Source of the DNA: Candidatus Dadabacteria bacterium CSP1-2
GTDB lineage: Bacteria > Desulfobacterota_D > UBA1144 > Nemesobacterales > CSP1-2
Length of the DNA stretch: 64,000 nt
Direction of reading: 5' to 3'
NCBI GenBank assembly: GCA_001443445.1
Contig: LDXN01000008.1
Span: 3,707-67,706 of the forward strand
In this document: piece after piece, positions 61,143 through 64,000 of the stretch
Position numbering within the stretch: position 1 is the stretch's first letter
Layout of the letters: each line of letters starts with the position of its first letter
Program-made: the position numbers and the translations under genes
The notes under the pieces: model-generated
The model's database searches: none
What the model was told of the DNA's origin: nothing
What the model saw: the letters and a program-made list of their open reading frames with translations, nothing else

Positions 61143-61855
61143 GCATTCCTTATGAAAGAAGAGGGTCTTCAGGGTATGCCCTTAGGCTTTCAAAGTCAAC
61201 CATTTTACTCGATTGCGGAAATGGAACTACTTGGAAGCTTGGAAAAGTTGGCATAAATTACCTAGAGGTAAACCACATATTTTTATCGCACTTTCATCCT
61301 GATCATACGGCAGATTTAATCCCATTTCTATTCGCTACTAAATATGCCCTAGTTAAGAGAGTAAAACCGCTTTATATCTGGGGATCGAGAGGATTTAAAG
61401 GTTTCTTCTCGGCACTAAATAATGCTTACAATGATTGGATCCAGCCAGACAAATTAAACATTGAAGAACTAGATGAAGGTATAATGAAATTTGACGACTT
61501 CACACTAATTTCAGGAAAAACCCTTCATATAGACAGTAGCCTTGCTTATCGGATTGAAAGTGAAGGTAAATCTATAGTTTATTCAGGTGATACTGACTAT
61601 TCAGAATCATTAGTTGAGCTTGCAAGAGATTCTGATTGCTTAATTATTGAATGCTCAATGCCCGACAAATTAAAAGTTAAAGGTCACCTTACTCCAACCG
61701 AGGTATCAAAGATAGCTAATAAATCGAAAGCTAAAAGGCTTATAATTTCGCACCTCTACCCAATCTGCGATGAATTGGATGTTATTAAGGTGATTAGAGA
61801 ACAAGTGGATGCAGAAACAATCTTGGCTGAAGATTTATTAGAGGTAGAAATCTGA
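61112..61855 (+). CDS. MBL-fold metallo-hydrolase
   Basis: HFHPDHTAD motif. Confidence 0.8.
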   Translation: MKLHILGSGTCIPYERRGSSGYALRLSKSTILLDCGNGTTWKLGKVGINYLEVNHIFLSHFHPDHTADLIPFLFATKYALVKRVKPLYIWGSRGFKGFFSALNNAYNDWIQPDKLNIEELDEGIMKFDDFTLISGKTLHIDSSLAYRIESEGKSIVYSGDTDYSESLVELARDSDCLIIECSMPDKLKVKGHLTPTEVSKIANKSKAKRLIISHLYPICDELDVIKVIREQVDAETILAEDLLEVEI

Positions 61856-61856
61856 A

Positions 61857-61885
61857 GTAGGGGTGGGTTTGAAACCCGCCCATAC
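61857..61885. repeat. REP-like hairpin GTAGGGGTGGGTTTGAAACCCGCCCATAC immediately after the MBL gene stop
   Basis: Read directly. Confidence 0.7.
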
Positions 61886-61948
61886 AGAGTATAAAAAATG
61901 CCATACAATCCTGAAAAACAACTAGACGTAGTATTCGACTGAAAGAAT

Positions 61949-62427
61949 ATGATTATTCAGAGCCAGGCATATTTTATAACGAGTTGCACTCATAATAGAG
62001 AATTGTATTTTGAACAATACCCACAACTAAAGCAAATTGTAAATCTACAATGGCAAAAAATACCAGTCAGATATGCCAATATACAATTAGTAGGGGCAAC
62101 CCTTGCGGTTGCCCAAAAGAATGGGCGGGTGCAAGACCCGCCCCTACAATTGGGGAAATCATTGGAACGTTTAAATCACTGTGCGTACATGATTGGTTAA
62201 AATACATAAAAGAAAACAGGATTAATACGGTTGGTAAATTCTGGCAACGTAATTATTATGAACACATTATCCGCAAAGAAGAACCGTTCAAACGTACACG
62301 TGAATATATTCTAACCAATCCCTTACGCTGGCATTTGGACAGAGAAAATCCCTATCGGAAAGGCGAAGATGATTTTGATAGATGGCTTGAGAGCCAATTC
62401 AAAGATGGAAGGGTCTCTCAATTTTAA
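61949..62427 (+). pseudogene. RAYT copy D: 5-prime truncated, HuH region deleted, frameshifted within a REP-like insert
   Basis: ORF1 ...AYFITSCTHNRELYFEQYPQLKQ... jumps from ANIQL straight into the REP translation VGATLAV. ORF2 has WQRNYYEH and NPLRWHLDRENP. No HuH motif remains. Confidence 0.7.
62090..62147. repeat. REP-like pair (GTAGGGGCAACCCTTGCGGTTGCCC ... GGGCGGGTGCAAGACCCGCCCCTAC) inside RAYT copy D
   Basis: Units shared with 17086-17167 and 13593-13692. Confidence 0.8.
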
Positions 62428-62460
62428 CCGCCTTGACATTAAGACCGCAAACTGCTTTAA

Positions 62461-63369
62461 TTGAGAAGTAAGGAGGGTAAAAGTATGGAACTTATGGAAG
62501 CAATAGGATCAAGAAGAAGTATAAGGTTTTTTAAACCATGGAAGCCAGTGGAAGAGTGGAAGATTCAAATGATGCTTCAAGCCGCACGATATGCGTCTTG
62601 CCAAGGCAACTGCGGTTCAACCGAAGCGATTGTAATTGATAAGAGAAGATATCCAAAGGACAAATTTGAGAAGATTATAGAATGCGCCTCACCATTTAAT
62701 GAAATCCATCTTCGCCAAGCCCCGATTGTAATCGCATGGCTTTTAAACCTCGACGCCTGGTATAAGGAACTAGTCCAATCCTTTGCAGTTCTATTTCCTG
62801 CAAGGGCAGTAAGCGTGGCTCATGGCTGGACATATAAGTTACTTACAGAGGTTACTTATCCACGTCTCATGAGCTTTCCACGAGAAAGGACTGAGGCGCT
62901 CCTTAGAATTGAGGCAGGGCAAGCGATAGCTAACGCATTTCTTGTAGCAACCGAACTCGGGCTTGGGTGCTGCCTTCTTGCAACCGGGAGAAAGCCTGCT
63001 GAGTTTCCAAAGGTGTTAGGAGTCCCTGAGAACATTGTTCCGATTTGGCTTATGGCTGTTGGATATTCCGCTGAGTCCCCAGGGCAAAGACCTAGGAAGC
63101 GTTTTGATAGGTTATTTCACCTGAATGAATACGGAAATCCACTTAAAGAAGACCCAGCCGTTAAAGAAGAACTAAAAGGGAGAAAGCTAATTCAACCTAT
63201 GGACCCACTTCCAGGAAGGGATGAAGAGGTAAAGCATGTATGCAGAATGTTTGGATTTTCTGAGGATATGCCCGATATGCCCAAAGAGCACATAAAAGCC
63301 CTCTATGAAGATGAAAAGTCTCCCTACTACGGTGAACTTCCGCCAGGGCTTGAAGATAGAGGAGTGTAG
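62461..63369 (+). CDS. nitroreductase-family protein
   Basis: IGSRRSIRFF...MLQAARYA matches the nitroreductase N-terminal pattern. The probable start is ATG 62485. Confidence 0.6.
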   Translation: MRSKEGKSMELMEAIGSRRSIRFFKPWKPVEEWKIQMMLQAARYASCQGNCGSTEAIVIDKRRYPKDKFEKIIECASPFNEIHLRQAPIVIAWLLNLDAWYKELVQSFAVLFPARAVSVAHGWTYKLLTEVTYPRLMSFPRERTEALLRIEAGQAIANAFLVATELGLGCCLLATGRKPAEFPKVLGVPENIVPIWLMAVGYSAESPGQRPRKRFDRLFHLNEYGNPLKEDPAVKEELKGRKLIQPMDPLPGRDEEVKHVCRMFGFSEDMPDMPKEHIKALYEDEKSPYYGELPPGLEDRGV

Positions 63370-63513
63370 CTACACAATGCGGATTTCGGATTGTGGAATG
63401 CGGATTTTTTAAATCTGCATTCTGTAATCCGCAAAAGGCAATCCGAATTCCAAAATCCAGATGAAGTTAAGGAAATTTGCTTAAGTTGACATGCGTGCCG
63501 CAAGGGTTGTTCC

Positions 63514-64000
63514 CTACTTTTTGCATTGAGACAAAAGTCTCAGTGTTGATTCTTTCACCTCCTCAATCGTTATATCCTTGAGGCACTTAACATCATAGGG
63601 GCAACTCGGTGTGTAGCCGAATTTTGTGCAAGGACTGCAAGATAGATTTTTGTTAATCGCTACATGGCGTTTACCTATAGGTGCCCATTTCTTTTGAATA
63701 CCAGCACCGAAGAGCGAAACCGTTGGTGTTCCAACTCCGTACGCAATATGCATAATTCCAGTGTCACCTGAAATTAATATATCGAGCTTGGAGATTATTG
63801 CCGCAGTTTCCATAAGAGATGTTTCCCCAACAAAATTAAGGACTTTATCTCTTCCAACAATTTCCTCAAACCTTATTGCATCCTTAACCTCGGACCTACC
63901 ACCAACGAGTACTGTTCCTAAACCTTCTTGAGATAATCTTTTAGAAAGCTCAGCAAAATTAGTTATTCCCCATCTTCGTTCTGGAATCGTGGCTCCAGAA
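63514..64000 (-). CDS. family 9 glycosyltransferase (LPS heptosyltransferase-like), C-terminal part; continues beyond the window
   Basis: GDTGIMHIAYGVGTPTVSLFG motif. The frame is open to the window edge. Confidence 0.7.
   Translation of the reverse strand, partial: SGATIPERRWGITNFAELSKRLSQEGLGTVLVGGRSEVKDAIRFEEIVGRDKVLNFVGETSLMETAAIISKLDILISGDTGIMHIAYGVGTPTVSLFGAGIQKKWAPIGKRHVAINKNLSCSPCTKFGYTPSCPYDVKCLKDITIEEVKESTLRLLSQCKK

Noticed and set aside
11174-62147. Possibility that the recurring palindromes form a CRISPR array
   Set aside because: The units are true palindromes of several sequence types, are irregularly spaced and scattered over 50 kb, and have no cas genes nearby. The pattern is REP-like, not CRISPR.

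Overview
This is a 64 kb bacterial chromosomal segment of moderate-to-low GC content. It is compact and mostly housekeeping: glgA, hflX, dksA, bamD, def, ald, obg, a putrescine uptake and catabolism cluster (potABCD-like transporter, aldehyde dehydrogenase, class III aminotransferase, two sigma-54 activators), a tRNA-Met(CAT), rnhA, RNase P RNA, tyrS, rimO, fmt, nadK, prfB with its +1 frameshift, sbcD, aroC, rlmD, queA, argG, pgeF and rluD. The unusual part is the repeat content. A family of RAYT genes (REP-associated tyrosine transposases, IS200-like HuH enzymes) is present as two intact-looking copies, two frameshifted or degenerate copies and one relic. Their cognate REP-like palindromes (GTAGGGG...CCCCTAC) are scattered through intergenic spacers. 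More surprisingly, they are also inserted inside the RAYT reading frames at one conserved position just after the HuH motif. One small island between obg and the pot operon (12.3-15.1 kb) packs two RAYTs, a GC-rich DUF2283 gene and an AT-rich standalone SIR2-like (SIR2_2 family) gene that is a candidate defence NADase. At least three further small repeat families occur in clusters in unusually long non-coding spacers: a MITE-like element with a TGTCATTGCGAGGG terminal inverted repeat (TIR), a TTGTCATTCC-type element, and a GCGGGACTTTCCAGTCCCGC hairpin with its relatives. A ClpX-like AAA+ paralogue lacking the zinc-binding domain is translationally coupled to rimO. No CRISPR array and no rRNA were found.
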